Positions 50,169 through 59,875 of a stretch of DNA of 64,000 bases are shown here, piece by piece (the first letter of the stretch is position 1; every line of letters begins with the position of its first letter). The DNA is from Chloroflexota bacterium. GTDB lineage: Bacteria; Chloroflexota; Anaerolineae; Anaerolineales; Villigracilaceae. The position numbers were made by a program, and so were the translations under genes. The stretch spans positions 1 through 64,000 of the forward strand of contig JBDRPT010000038.1 in NCBI GenBank assembly GCA_043826785.1, read 5' to 3'. The notes under the pieces are model-generated. The model was not told where the DNA came from. It searched no databases and was given only the letters and a program-made list of their open reading frames with translations.

Positions 50169-52666
50169 TCAATTCCAAATTGTAACGGATCAGGGACTGT
50201 CACACCGCGAGCTGCCATCTCCCAGAATGTCCTGAATACCGCTTCTCGAATGGTTGGGTTACCTGAATACATTTCCTGATAGAGTGCGCCAAAAACACCT
50301 TCGGTCGGCATCATGCGTAGGTAGCTCAGGGAAGCCAATCGCTCATCTTCTGAACCGCTCTTCAGGGCGAGAAGCAGAACATCCGTGGCGGGTTTATCTG
50401 GAGCAATACCCAGGCCTTGCTTCCCGGCAAAAGCTATCAACCAGGGTGACTCAGATGGAGTCACGAGACGCTTGGGGATAAGTGCGTTGGTTTGCCTCTT
50501 GGCTTCCAGCACCTCTGTCGCTGAATTACGAACAATCCACTGATCGTCTGTAAGTAGTTTTTCGAGGATGGTGTCCGCCCAAACTTCTTTAATCCTTCCT
50601 AGACCATAGACAACACCTCTGCGGACGAGAATGTCCTCCATTGCGGCACCATCGCGGAGCATCGCATAACCTTCTTCGGGATGATTTGCCAGCGCCTCTG
50701 CTGCCGTACGACGGAGGTTATCGTCACCATGCAACAACGCATCGGCAACCGACTCGAGTGCAGATGTCGTGCCAATTGCGACAAGCGCGAGGCAGGCAGC
50801 TCTACGGATACTCGGGTTCGGGAGCCGTAACAAGGCGGTGATTTCTTCAATTGCTTTTTGATCCCGTAGGGCACCACACGCGAGCGCCGCCAATTGGAGG
50901 GTTTCTGTCGAATTAGACCGTAAAAGCTGGCGGAAAAGGACATCGATATTTGCATCTCTTGCCAAGATGAATGCAGCCATTGCTTGTCCCCGCAGGCCAA
51001 GAGGCTGGCCTTCGTCTTTCAATAATTCAACCAACCGGGCTAGTACTTGCAACCTCCATGTAGCGTCCTTGGGTGCATCGCGCAACCAACTCGAGACTAG
51101 GAGCAAATTACGTTGGAGAGGTGGGTCCGGTTTGGCAAGAAGGATATGAACCAGCGGTATCGCGTCACCAAAAATGGAGAAGTTATTTAATGCCAATAAC
51201 TTACCGATCCATGGCTTTTGCTCCAGGACGGAACTGGGTTTGTAGGCCGACAATGTCTTACCGGCAAGATAGCCAGTAAATACTGGATGAAGAAACCGCA
51301 TCCGGTTATTCCTGTGCTGTGCGAGCAATCCGCTCGATGCCATCCGTGAGAGGATTCCTGCCGAAGGTAGTGCTGTCTTATCTTTCTCCCGACTTTTATC
51401 GCCACCGGACCCATTGGGACCCTCGGGCTCGGGCGGCTCGAAGGATTTAACCCACTCTCGGGCTTTGGATGGATCAAAGATCGGATCCGCTGCCAAGGTG
51501 ACTTGCAGACCGAGCAGATTCACCGCCTCCCTGGGTATATCGCCGGTGATCAACCGTCGAATATGGGCTTCGATGGCGTCGATACTCCGTGGGCCGCGCC
51601 CGTCACCGGCATATGCTCCCCAGGCTCTTAGTGTGATCTCTAGGGGAGAGAGTGGTGCATCGTCGATTGTAATCCAACGGTTCAAGAGAGTTGGGTCTAC
51701 AAAACCGATCCTGGACTGAGCCCAACTTTCGATGGCGATATATTTTTGCCACAGGTCCGCCCACTTCTCCAGGAAATCATTGATCTGCCTTGGTGTCCAG
51801 CCAGCTAACGTGAAGGGGATGAAGTTCAAGCTTACCAGGCCATCGAGAAATTCTGGGAAAGCGGTTGTAACAATTCTCGTTTCGGGGTAGGTTTTTTTCA
51901 GTGCCCGAATAAACTCGACGGTTGTTTGGAGTTGATCGGGTGTGATCTCATCGGTACCATCAAGCAGCAGGATCGCTCGGCCTTCGCTGAACACAGTGCG
52001 AATAAAATCGGGGATGCGGGAACTCTCAAATACAGGGGACTTGTCAACGATGTGTTCAATGATCGGTTCTAACGGTGTCTCCTGGTTCTTAAGAGGCAAT
52101 TTCAGGTCAGCAATGTGGATGAAGAATGGTAATGTGTCATCTGGTAATCCCGAAACTTGATCCCGGCGGGCCAGACACGATGCAAGGTGGGCCAATGCAA
52201 CTGTTTTCCCGGCTCCCGGATGGCCAGCAAGGACAATATCCGAGTCTCCGGACAATGCCTCACCAAGGGTGATTGTGGGTGCATTATAGAAAGAGGCAAA
52301 TTCAGGCCAGCTGGGTAAATAAGGGATAGTATCCAGGATAATATCTTCAACGAAGTACTTCTCGTTCGGTTCTACCCGGGGCGGTGGTGCCAACAACGCA
52401 GGCGGGATGATTATTTCATCTAGGGAGAATAGTTGTGCAGCTAGGTGTTGCCCCTGGGCATGCTCCAAAGTTCTTTGCCTGTAATGTTCTTCGATAACTG
52501 TCGTTGACTTGGATTTTTCACGCGTTTCTTCTCGTTTGGCGCGCATCCCTTGGGAGATCTGCCGCAGGAGAGGCCGAAGGGCTGATAAGATCGCCCAAAA
52601 AACCGTTGCAAGGATAAACCCAAGCAAGAAGGAAAAATTATCGATGGAAGGAAAACGGAAACCCAT
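50165..52666 (-). CDS. Membrane-anchored NACHT/STAND-like P-loop NTPase with C-terminal HEAT (PBS-lyase-type) repeats
   Basis: 833 aa. N-terminal TM helix. Walker A GHPGAGKT and NACHT-type Walker B ILLLDGTDE. C-terminal third has repeated NPSIRRAACLAL / DDNLRRTAAEAL / DQWIVRNSATEVL HEAT-like units. Confidence 0.65.
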   Translation of the reverse strand: MGFRFPSIDNFSFLLGFILATVFWAILSALRPLLRQISQGMRAKREETREKSKSTTVIEEHYRQRTLEHAQGQHLAAQLFSLDEIIIPPALLAPPPRVEPNEKYFVEDIILDTIPYLPSWPEFASFYNAPTITLGEALSGDSDIVLAGHPGAGKTVALAHLASCLARRDQVSGLPDDTLPFFIHIADLKLPLKNQETPLEPIIEHIVDKSPVFESSRIPDFIRTVFSEGRAILLLDGTDEITPDQLQTTVEFIRALKKTYPETRIVTTAFPEFLDGLVSLNFIPFTLAGWTPRQINDFLEKWADLWQKYIAIESWAQSRIGFVDPTLLNRWITIDDAPLSPLEITLRAWGAYAGDGRGPRSIDAIEAHIRRLITGDIPREAVNLLGLQVTLAADPIFDPSKAREWVKSFEPPEPEGPNGSGGDKSREKDKTALPSAGILSRMASSGLLAQHRNNRMRFLHPVFTGYLAGKTLSAYKPSSVLEQKPWIGKLLALNNFSIFGDAIPLVHILLAKPDPPLQRNLLLVSSWLRDAPKDATWRLQVLARLVELLKDEGQPLGLRGQAMAAFILARDANIDVLFRQLLRSNSTETLQLAALACGALRDQKAIEEITALLRLPNPSIRRAACLALVAIGTTSALESVADALLHGDDNLRRTAAEALANHPEEGYAMLRDGAAMEDILVRRGVVYGLGRIKEVWADTILEKLLTDDQWIVRNSATEVLEAKRQTNALIPKRLVTPSESPWLIAFAGKQGLGIAPDKPATDVLLLALKSGSEDERLASLSYLRMMPTEGVFGALYQEMYSGNPTIREAVFRTFWEMAARGVTVPDPLQFGIE

Positions 52667-52685
52667 AAATCACCAGGCGGAGGAA

Positions 52686-53396
52686 TTAACTGGCATAAAG
52701 GATTCGCCCGCAAGCGGGGCATTCAGCAATGTGATCGGCAGATCGCGCAGAACGCACCGTTTGGACAAGAGCAGGCGTCAATGTGTTGCCACAGGCATCG
52801 CAGGCATTATCGGTAATGTTCGCTACGGCGACACCCTTGCGCTTCTCTCGAAGATTCTCGTACTGCCCGATAAATTCCTCGGGGATGGAATTTATTATCG
52901 CTGTCCGCTCTGCGGAAAATCTATCATACTCCCTGCGGAGTTCAAGTTGTTCTTTGGATAAAACCTGCGCCTGCTCTTGCATCCCTTTTTGGACGATAAG
53001 CAGATCTTCCTGCGCTAGCTGAACATCGGATGTGGCATCCTCTGAGGTAGACATCGCATCCAATTGGCGATCTTCAAGTGTAATCAAGTATCGTTTGAGC
53101 GACGAAAGCTCGTGCTGTGCATCCTGTAATTCTTTCGGGTTCTTGATCGTCCCACTATACAAACTGGTTTCAGCTTGTTCAATTTTTAGTATTTGGGCAT
53201 TGACATTTGTTTCAGCAGAGGCAAGCGCTTTCTTTGCGTTATCAGCTTTCAGTTGAGCATCATCCAGATGGATAACCTTCTTTTGGAGGATTTCGTCGTC
53301 TTCAAGTAACTCCTGGATCGTATCCAGCCGGGATCTGATCCGGTCCAGTTGGTTGTCTGTTTGCTGGAGGCGAAAAAGGCTTAAAGACAGGCTCAT
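52686..53396 (-). CDS. COG1579-type coiled-coil protein with C-terminal C4 zinc ribbon
   Basis: 236 aa. Long heptad-rich region, then CDACGNTL...ECPACGRIL zinc ribbon. Confidence 0.7.
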   Translation of the reverse strand: MSLSLSLFRLQQTDNQLDRIRSRLDTIQELLEDDEILQKKVIHLDDAQLKADNAKKALASAETNVNAQILKIEQAETSLYSGTIKNPKELQDAQHELSSLKRYLITLEDRQLDAMSTSEDATSDVQLAQEDLLIVQKGMQEQAQVLSKEQLELRREYDRFSAERTAIINSIPEEFIGQYENLREKRKGVAVANITDNACDACGNTLTPALVQTVRSARSADHIAECPACGRILYAS

Positions 53397-53452
53397 GCTT
53401 TGATTATATTATGGTTTACTCCATTCCGTTCGGGAGAGATAATGGTTTTGAA

Positions 53453-55090
53453 TCATTCCACCGGTAGGTTAAAGAAACTATAGATCGCTCGGGATAAGTC
53501 GGCATACAGGTGAGATGCTTGATCCCAGATTATCTGACCAGAATCATAGATGTAAATTGCGAGAACATAATCTCCGCCAGGCGTATATACAATCCCGGCA
53601 TCGCTGACATTGTGCATCGCACCAAATTCATCGTTGACCCACCCATGTTTGTGGGCTACAGCAGTGCCTTCAGGTACACCTGCTTGGATCAGTACTCCGA
53701 GGAAGTTTTGCTTCAACAGTTCGACCATAAATTGGCAGGCAGATTGATCGATCTGGCCAGGAAAGACTGCAACGAGGGATCCACCACCGGTTTGTTCGCA
53801 TTGGTAGATATCAGTGAGCAACATTCCCATGTCCGCGGGAGTCGTTTGGTTGTACCAATCGGGATCAGTGTTGATGTCGGTCCGCTGATTGGCAGGGGTC
53901 CGGTAGTAGGATAACAGTGGAGCGCCATCGTAAAAATACCCAGCCAGGAATGTGTTCGACAAACCAAGCATCTGCATGTCATCAGAGACGAGAAGAGGGC
54001 CGCGTACATCATCAAGAGATTCCATCAGTAAATCTGCCGGTGGATTTTCTGATTGCTTGATCATTTCTAGAAGCAGTTTGGACGTGGCGTCATCTACACG
54101 TCCATTGTTGGCTCGCAGGATGGAAACCATGATCGGGATCTTTATCGTGCTCGATGCGGTAAAGGCGATATCCGGGACAATGGCCGGTTGGTTGCCGTTC
54201 CAGTATGCGAAATGAAGCTCCTCATTTGTCTGAAGATCGAGCAAGTAGAGGTCGACGATACCAGTAAATCCATTTTGGTCGATGAGCTGAATGAGTAAAG
54301 TATTAAGCGTCTGCATAGAGGGACGGATTGATGCAGCCCGCGTGGCCGAGAGCATGATTATGCGCTCGGAAGAAGAAAACAATGCGTTTTCAATTAATAC
54401 GATCGCTCGGTCGGTATCCAACACCAGCCCTGGAGTGCCAGGAGTGAATATCGGACTACCAGGAACCGGTTGGGCCGGGGAGGAAGGCTGGTCATACCGG
54501 GAGGATACTTCGTTCTGGAGGTATGTGCGCAGTCTGCTCTCTGAGTAGGATGCTACGAGGGGAATGTCCTGGACAGCCGATCGTCTATTCCAGAGGCTAT
54601 CCCAGAATCCTCCCCAGAAGGATGACCCAGTACGTTGCAAGTCGGCAGCCGCCAACATGCTTTCGATGTTTAGCTGAAATCCAACCAATGTTGGATCCAG
54701 GTGGATGACCGCATTACCATAATGGATCTCAACCGGAGCAGAATATACCTGGAGGATCCGTTGAGCTGCGGCTTGGGGATCAATCCCTCCTACTGGGATA
54801 TTGGCAATGGTCAATTCGCCTGGATAGTTCGCTCGCTGGCGGCTATATTGGACAAGGTCAATCACCGTCAACATCATAGCGGCGAGGATGAAAATGAGCG
54901 AGGTCCAGCGCAGATAGAGTGAAGAGCTGCGGATTCTCACAGAACCTCCATTGGCCAGTTGGGAAATTTGATTGTCGTTATTGGCCTCGGCAATACAGCC
55001 TCCAGACCATCGTTCTCCACCATCCACGCTGGTGTGCGAGGAGCCCTGAAAAGCAAATCCCCAGATTGAATGCTTGTGTGGACTAGGCAC
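53453..55090 (-). CDS. Membrane-anchored serine hydrolase (class A beta-lactamase/PBP-like) with N-terminal extra domain
   Basis: 545 aa. Single TM near the N-terminus. SxxK motif (TASSTIKIPIMVSIL) and KHG (KTG-like) motif near the C-terminus. Confidence 0.45.
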   Translation of the reverse strand: MPSPHKHSIWGFAFQGSSHTSVDGGERWSGGCIAEANNDNQISQLANGGSVRIRSSSLYLRWTSLIFILAAMMLTVIDLVQYSRQRANYPGELTIANIPVGGIDPQAAAQRILQVYSAPVEIHYGNAVIHLDPTLVGFQLNIESMLAAADLQRTGSSFWGGFWDSLWNRRSAVQDIPLVASYSESRLRTYLQNEVSSRYDQPSSPAQPVPGSPIFTPGTPGLVLDTDRAIVLIENALFSSSERIIMLSATRAASIRPSMQTLNTLLIQLIDQNGFTGIVDLYLLDLQTNEELHFAYWNGNQPAIVPDIAFTASSTIKIPIMVSILRANNGRVDDATSKLLLEMIKQSENPPADLLMESLDDVRGPLLVSDDMQMLGLSNTFLAGYFYDGAPLLSYYRTPANQRTDINTDPDWYNQTTPADMGMLLTDIYQCEQTGGGSLVAVFPGQIDQSACQFMVELLKQNFLGVLIQAGVPEGTAVAHKHGWVNDEFGAMHNVSDAGIVYTPGGDYVLAIYIYDSGQIIWDQASHLYADLSRAIYSFFNLPVE

Positions 55091-55214
55091 ACCTGGCGAA
55101 ACGAGTGACTTTAATCATGCCAATTAAGGTAAGAGTATAACACACCCATTAATTACGGTTATGCTACAATCTCTGTGTCAACAAGAATCCAATCTCACCC
55201 CGAATGAGGAGACT

Positions 55215-56174
55215 ATGTTAAGATCCTTCTTGATCTATATGTCAAAAGCTGCTTGGGCGCAGCGGATGGTGACTGGCTGGTCGTTTGCTTGGAAAGCGGC
55301 CAGTCGTTTTGTTGCTGGGAGCACTGTGCAGGACGCGATCAAAGCTGTGCGGGACCTTAACGCCAAAGGAATCAACGCTACTCTCGATCATCTCGGCGAA
55401 CATACTTCAACAGCAGAGGAAGCCGACCAATCGGTAAAAGACGTTTTGGAGATCATCGAACAAGTGAGCTGTTGCGAAGTGCGCTCGAATGTATCGATCA
55501 AGCTAACCCAGCTTGGCCTTGCCCTGGACGAGAACTTGTGCAGTAGAAACCTGGAGCGGATTCTGGAATGTGCAAAAAAGTATCATAACTATGTCCGTAT
55601 TGATATGGAAGATACACCGTATACTGATGTCACCATCCGGCTTTATCGTCAGATGAGGCATAAAGGGTTTAACAATGTAGGCATGGTTGTACAATCGTAT
55701 CTTTACCGGACAGAGGCGGATACGAAAGCACTATTAGCAGAGGATACCCGTTTCCGGCTTGTGAAGGGCGCATATAAGGAACCCCCCAACCTGGCCTTCC
55801 CCAAGAAGGCAAATGTCGATGCGAATTTTGATTTGCTAACTAAGTTGATGATTGACGAAGCAATTAAACTTGGCGCTCCGGTTCTCAGTAAAGACGGGCG
55901 TATCCCGCCCATCCCTGCCTTGGGCACGCATGATGAAAAGCGGATCCTGTTTGGGAAAAAATACGCAGAGAGAGTTGGCTTGCCGAAACAAGCGATCGAG
56001 ATCCAAATGCTTTACGGTATCCGGCGTGACATTCAGGATCAATTAGCGAGTGAGGGTTACCCGGTCCGTGTTTATGTCCCCTATGGTACACATTGGTATC
56101 CATATTTTGTTAGGCGCCTGGCAGAACGCCCGGCAAATCTCTGGTTTTTTATTTCGAATTATTTTCGAAAATAA
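55215..56174 (+). CDS. Proline dehydrogenase (PRODH family)
   Basis: Start at MLRSF with SD GAGGAG 6 nt upstream. Conserved RLVKGAY and VRIDMEDT motifs of PutA-type PRODH. The ORF track starts at 55161. Confidence 0.8.
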   Translation: MLRSFLIYMSKAAWAQRMVTGWSFAWKAASRFVAGSTVQDAIKAVRDLNAKGINATLDHLGEHTSTAEEADQSVKDVLEIIEQVSCCEVRSNVSIKLTQLGLALDENLCSRNLERILECAKKYHNYVRIDMEDTPYTDVTIRLYRQMRHKGFNNVGMVVQSYLYRTEADTKALLAEDTRFRLVKGAYKEPPNLAFPKKANVDANFDLLTKLMIDEAIKLGAPVLSKDGRIPPIPALGTHDEKRILFGKKYAERVGLPKQAIEIQMLYGIRRDIQDQLASEGYPVRVYVPYGTHWYPYFVRRLAERPANLWFFISNYFRK

Positions 56175-56192
56175 TCCCCGGTCGTCAAGATA

Positions 56193-56223
56193 CAACTCCT
56201 GGAGAAGATCACCAGGAGTTGTT
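56193..56223 (+). terminator. Hairpin, possible terminator after PRODH gene
   Basis: Perfect 11-bp stem ACAACTCCTGG / CCAGGAGTTGT. Only a weak T tract follows, so efficiency is uncertain. Confidence 0.4.
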
Positions 56224-56280
56224 CGATTAAATACATCAATTCGAGTCATCTTATTATTGAATTTATGGTAAAACAATGCT

Positions 56281-57006
56281 ATGGACAATTATCAGCTCGC
56301 GGTGATAACAGGGGCAGCCCACCGCCTTGGACGGGCTTTTGCATTGCGCCTTGCCAGCAACGGGTATGCTGTATTGTTACATTACAATCGGTCAAAAATC
56401 GATGCAGAAGAGACGGAATCCCAACTAAGGGAGTTGAAGATTCCGGTTTTCATGATTCAGGCCGATCTGACAAACCAAGCTGATATCGAAGCCGTTTTTT
56501 CTTATATTGATTCTCTTCCGCATGAGCTTCGCGTTCTTGTAAATTCAGCTGCAATCATGACACGAAGCTCTCTTGATGATTTAACCATTTCAGAATGGGA
56601 TACCACCCTTTCGCTCAACTTGCGGGCACCGTTTTTGATGGGCAAATTCGCTGCAGGGAGGATGGGGAATGGAGGTTTGATCATTAATATCACAGAATCT
56701 GGTGTCTGGAAAACTTGGACAAAATATCCTGCTTACCAGGTAAGTAAGGCCGCTCTTGAGACCCTTACGCGGGTGATGGCAAGAACATACGCCCCAAAGA
56801 TCCGGGTTAATGCAATTGCTCCTGGCCTGGTCTTGCCGGGCGATGATGCGAATCCCGAGGAGTGGAAGCAACTTGTCAGCAGGACACCGTTGAAACGGTC
56901 GGTCACAGTCGAGGAGGTTGCTTCCGCCCTCGATGTGTTGCTCGAAAACTCAGCGATAACCGGCCAAACACTTGTGATTGACGGTGGGTTTTCATTGATA
57001 GGATAA
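56281..57006 (+). CDS. SDR family short-chain dehydrogenase/reductase
   Basis: 241 aa. TGAAHRLG cofactor motif. NSAA and YxxxK (YQVSK) catalytic motifs. Confidence 0.85.
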   Translation: MDNYQLAVITGAAHRLGRAFALRLASNGYAVLLHYNRSKIDAEETESQLRELKIPVFMIQADLTNQADIEAVFSYIDSLPHELRVLVNSAAIMTRSSLDDLTISEWDTTLSLNLRAPFLMGKFAAGRMGNGGLIINITESGVWKTWTKYPAYQVSKAALETLTRVMARTYAPKIRVNAIAPGLVLPGDDANPEEWKQLVSRTPLKRSVTVEEVASALDVLLENSAITGQTLVIDGGFSLIG

Positions 57007-57040
57007 TTCTGAAAGCACTGATTGCTCAAGAGGAGAACAA

Positions 57041-57529
57041 ATGATGTCAGCTACGATTGATGAGTTGATCCATAGGTTGAACATCGAACGAGATAAACTC
57101 AACGCTTATTTTCTATCTCTGTCCCCTGAGATGTGGTTCCTCGTCGCATATTCAGAAAATAATCCATGGATGATCCGCGACGTATTGGCGCATTTTGTTT
57201 CTGCTGAACATGAATTCTTGAAACTATTTATTCACGTCGTAGCAGGGGGAAGGGGGACCCCGGAGGATTTTTCAATAGACAGTTTCAACGCCCAAGAAGT
57301 CTCAAGTATGAAGGCTGAATCCCCCGAGAGTCTATTATCCGAATTCCTTGCTGCCCGGAATCGGATGATAGCTTGGGTTGCCTCGCTTGACCCGAGCGAC
57401 TTAGAAAAAAAAGGACAACATCCCTTTCTGGGAGAAATCACTGTGGGCGAGATGGTCAAGATGGTTACTTTGCATAACCACCTGCATTATAGGGACCTTA
57501 AAAAAATTACCCATACCGAGGATGGATGA
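57041..57529 (+). CDS. DinB/YfiT-like (DinB_2) metal-dependent four-helix-bundle protein
   Basis: 162 aa. His triad pattern (VLAHFV...HNHLHYRD) characteristic of the DinB_2 family. Confidence 0.65.
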   Translation: MMSATIDELIHRLNIERDKLNAYFLSLSPEMWFLVAYSENNPWMIRDVLAHFVSAEHEFLKLFIHVVAGGRGTPEDFSIDSFNAQEVSSMKAESPESLLSEFLAARNRMIAWVASLDPSDLEKKGQHPFLGEITVGEMVKMVTLHNHLHYRDLKKITHTEDG

Positions 57530-58395
57530 TCCTACGCAAGTCGATCAGACCCATTCCCCTAATCTTGAGTGGCCTGACCTATCTCCTTGGTGCGGGCATG
57601 GCGCGTTACTTCACCGGTGCATTCCAGACTCGCAGCTTCTGGCTGGGGCTTATTTGGGTTGGGCTTATCCAATCAGCCACATTTTTGCTGCTGGATTATT
57701 TTTGCTCGCCAACAAGCAATGATGACTCGGATGAAACGACAATCCAGCGGGATAAACGAAAAACTATAACCATCCAGATAACAGCGGCACTCATGGCAAT
57801 CGCCGCTGCAATAACCGTGATGATGCTCATCTTAGAAGCAGGAAATGCATCTGTGTATATCCTGATGGTATTTATCTTCGGTCTATTTGCATCTTACGCT
57901 GTGCCTCCATTGCAGACTGTCTATTCCGGGTATGGAGAATTGACCCTTGCGATCGTTTGGGCGAATCTTATTCCTGCACTTGGATTTATGCTTCAGCATG
58001 ATGAGATCCACCGTTATCTCCCCATGGCAACATTTCCGCTTACTCTGCTGGCGCTTGCATACCTGCTGGTCGGTGGTTTCGCGGGTTATGCCAGTGATCA
58101 GAAATTTCGACGATCTTCGCTGGTTATTCGTTTAACCTGGCAACGGGCCATCGTCCTGCACCACTTCTTGGTCGTTATTGCATTCCTGCTTTATGGACTT
58201 GCTCCTCTTGTGGGAATGAGCTGGACACTTGTCTGGCCTGTTTTTCTGAGCATTCCTTTTGCTGTTGCACAAATCTACCTCATGCAGAAAATTTCCCAAG
58301 GAGGGCGAGTTACCTGGAAACTTATGCTTTTTCTTGCAACCTCGGTATTTGGCCTGACATCATATTTACTGACATTCACTTTCTGGATACGGTAG
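57526..58395 (+). CDS. Polytopic membrane protein, possibly UbiA-like prenyltransferase family
   Basis: 289 aa, about 8 TM. An NDDSDE segment resembles a degenerate UbiA NDxxDxxxD motif. Overlaps dinB-like stop by 4 nt. Confidence 0.4.
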   Translation: MILRKSIRPIPLILSGLTYLLGAGMARYFTGAFQTRSFWLGLIWVGLIQSATFLLLDYFCSPTSNDDSDETTIQRDKRKTITIQITAALMAIAAAITVMMLILEAGNASVYILMVFIFGLFASYAVPPLQTVYSGYGELTLAIVWANLIPALGFMLQHDEIHRYLPMATFPLTLLALAYLLVGGFAGYASDQKFRRSSLVIRLTWQRAIVLHHFLVVIAFLLYGLAPLVGMSWTLVWPVFLSIPFAVAQIYLMQKISQGGRVTWKLMLFLATSVFGLTSYLLTFTFWIR

Positions 58396-58402
58396 CTAAT
58401 AT

Positions 58403-59653
58403 ATGCCTGAATTCATACAACTCACACAACCTTCTGTGGCACTTGATTTATTTATCCAGAACCTTCCAGGCTTGACCCTTGAGTCGGAGCTGATCGATCC
58501 GCGGGCTGCGCTCGGAAGAGTAACCGCCGAGGATTTACATGCCCCCCATCCCCTCCCATCCTTTCCGCGCTCAACCGTGGATGGATATGCCGTGCTATCA
58601 GGAGATACATTTAGCGCAAGCGACAGCTCACCAGCTTATCTTGCATTGGCCGGGGAGGTACCGATGGGTTCAGTTCCATCTATCGAAATTCATACCGGTC
58701 AATGTGCACTTATCCACACGGGGGGAATGCTCCCCGCCGGTGCTGATGCTGTTGTCATGCTGGAATATACGCAGAGCAGCCTCCTAGAAATCGAGCTCTC
58801 AAGAGCGGTTGCGATGGGAGAGAATGTTATCCAGGTCGGAGAAGATGTTGTCCAAGGGCAGGTCGTGATTACGCGCGGGACTCGACTTGGTCCTGCAGAG
58901 ATTGGGGGTTGTATGGCGCTCGGAATCACGCGGTTGCGTGTAGTCAGTAGACCGAAGGTAGCAATTATCTCATCGGGAGATGAGGTCCTACCTCCGGAAA
59001 ATGAACCTCGACCAGGTCAGGTTCGTGACGTAAATTCATACACCCTCCAAGCGATGATCCAGCAAGCAGGGGGTTCTCCCGTCCTATATGGCATTGTGAG
59101 AGATGACCTGTCCTTAATGAAGGTGATTGCTGAAAAAGCACTAAACGAGTGTGACATCGTCCTGATCACTGCCGGATCTTCGGCTAGCTCTCGGGATACA
59201 ACTGTAGATACAATTCGCACCCTTGGAGAACCTGGCGTACTTGTCCATGGGGTCAATCTCCGACCCGGCAAGCCGACAATCCTGGCTGTCTGTGGTAGCA
59301 AGGCAGTCGTCGGGTTGCCCGGCAACCCGGTCAGTGCGCTGATAATCGCAAGACTGTTCGTGTTGCCGGTAATCGGTCGATTACTCGGGGAGGAGCCTGT
59401 TACCTACCGCCCCAAGATTCGCGCCCGACTCATTGGGAACTTGCCATCCCAAGCAGGTCGGGAAGATTGGATCGCAGTTCGGATCAAGACCGAGGTAGAT
59501 GCTGAAGGCGAGGTTCACTACTTGGCCGATCCTGTTTTTGGCAAGAGCAATCTTATATTCACTTTGGTTGCAGCAGATGGATTGATCTGCATCCCCGCCG
59601 ATGTTACAGGTGTGAGTTCGGGCGAATATGTAGAAGTCGAATTATTGCATTAA
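58403..59653 (+). CDS. moeA: Molybdopterin molybdotransferase MoeA
   Basis: 416 aa. MoeA_N signature PSFPRSTVDGYAV. MoCF_biosynth central domain (ISSGDEV, GSSAS). MoeA_C. Confidence 0.85.
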   Translation: MPEFIQLTQPSVALDLFIQNLPGLTLESELIDPRAALGRVTAEDLHAPHPLPSFPRSTVDGYAVLSGDTFSASDSSPAYLALAGEVPMGSVPSIEIHTGQCALIHTGGMLPAGADAVVMLEYTQSSLLEIELSRAVAMGENVIQVGEDVVQGQVVITRGTRLGPAEIGGCMALGITRLRVVSRPKVAIISSGDEVLPPENEPRPGQVRDVNSYTLQAMIQQAGGSPVLYGIVRDDLSLMKVIAEKALNECDIVLITAGSSASSRDTTVDTIRTLGEPGVLVHGVNLRPGKPTILAVCGSKAVVGLPGNPVSALIIARLFVLPVIGRLLGEEPVTYRPKIRARLIGNLPSQAGREDWIAVRIKTEVDAEGEVHYLADPVFGKSNLIFTLVAADGLICIPADVTGVSSGEYVEVELLH

Positions 59654-59875
59654 TAATCCTACTGGTGAAATAGGATCCGTTCGCCACAACGATTACTATA
59701 AGTCGGGCTTGGAAAAAGCATTGAGATGTAAAGCTACAGGATTACTCGCAGGTAGGGTTTGAGTTACGGATCGTTGATCTATGAGGTGTGACAGTGACCA
59801 CCGTTAGAGCAAGATTGATGAATCCGCCCTGGGTTGCATCCTGATTCAAGCATCCATTCCGTTATAATTCCAGGT

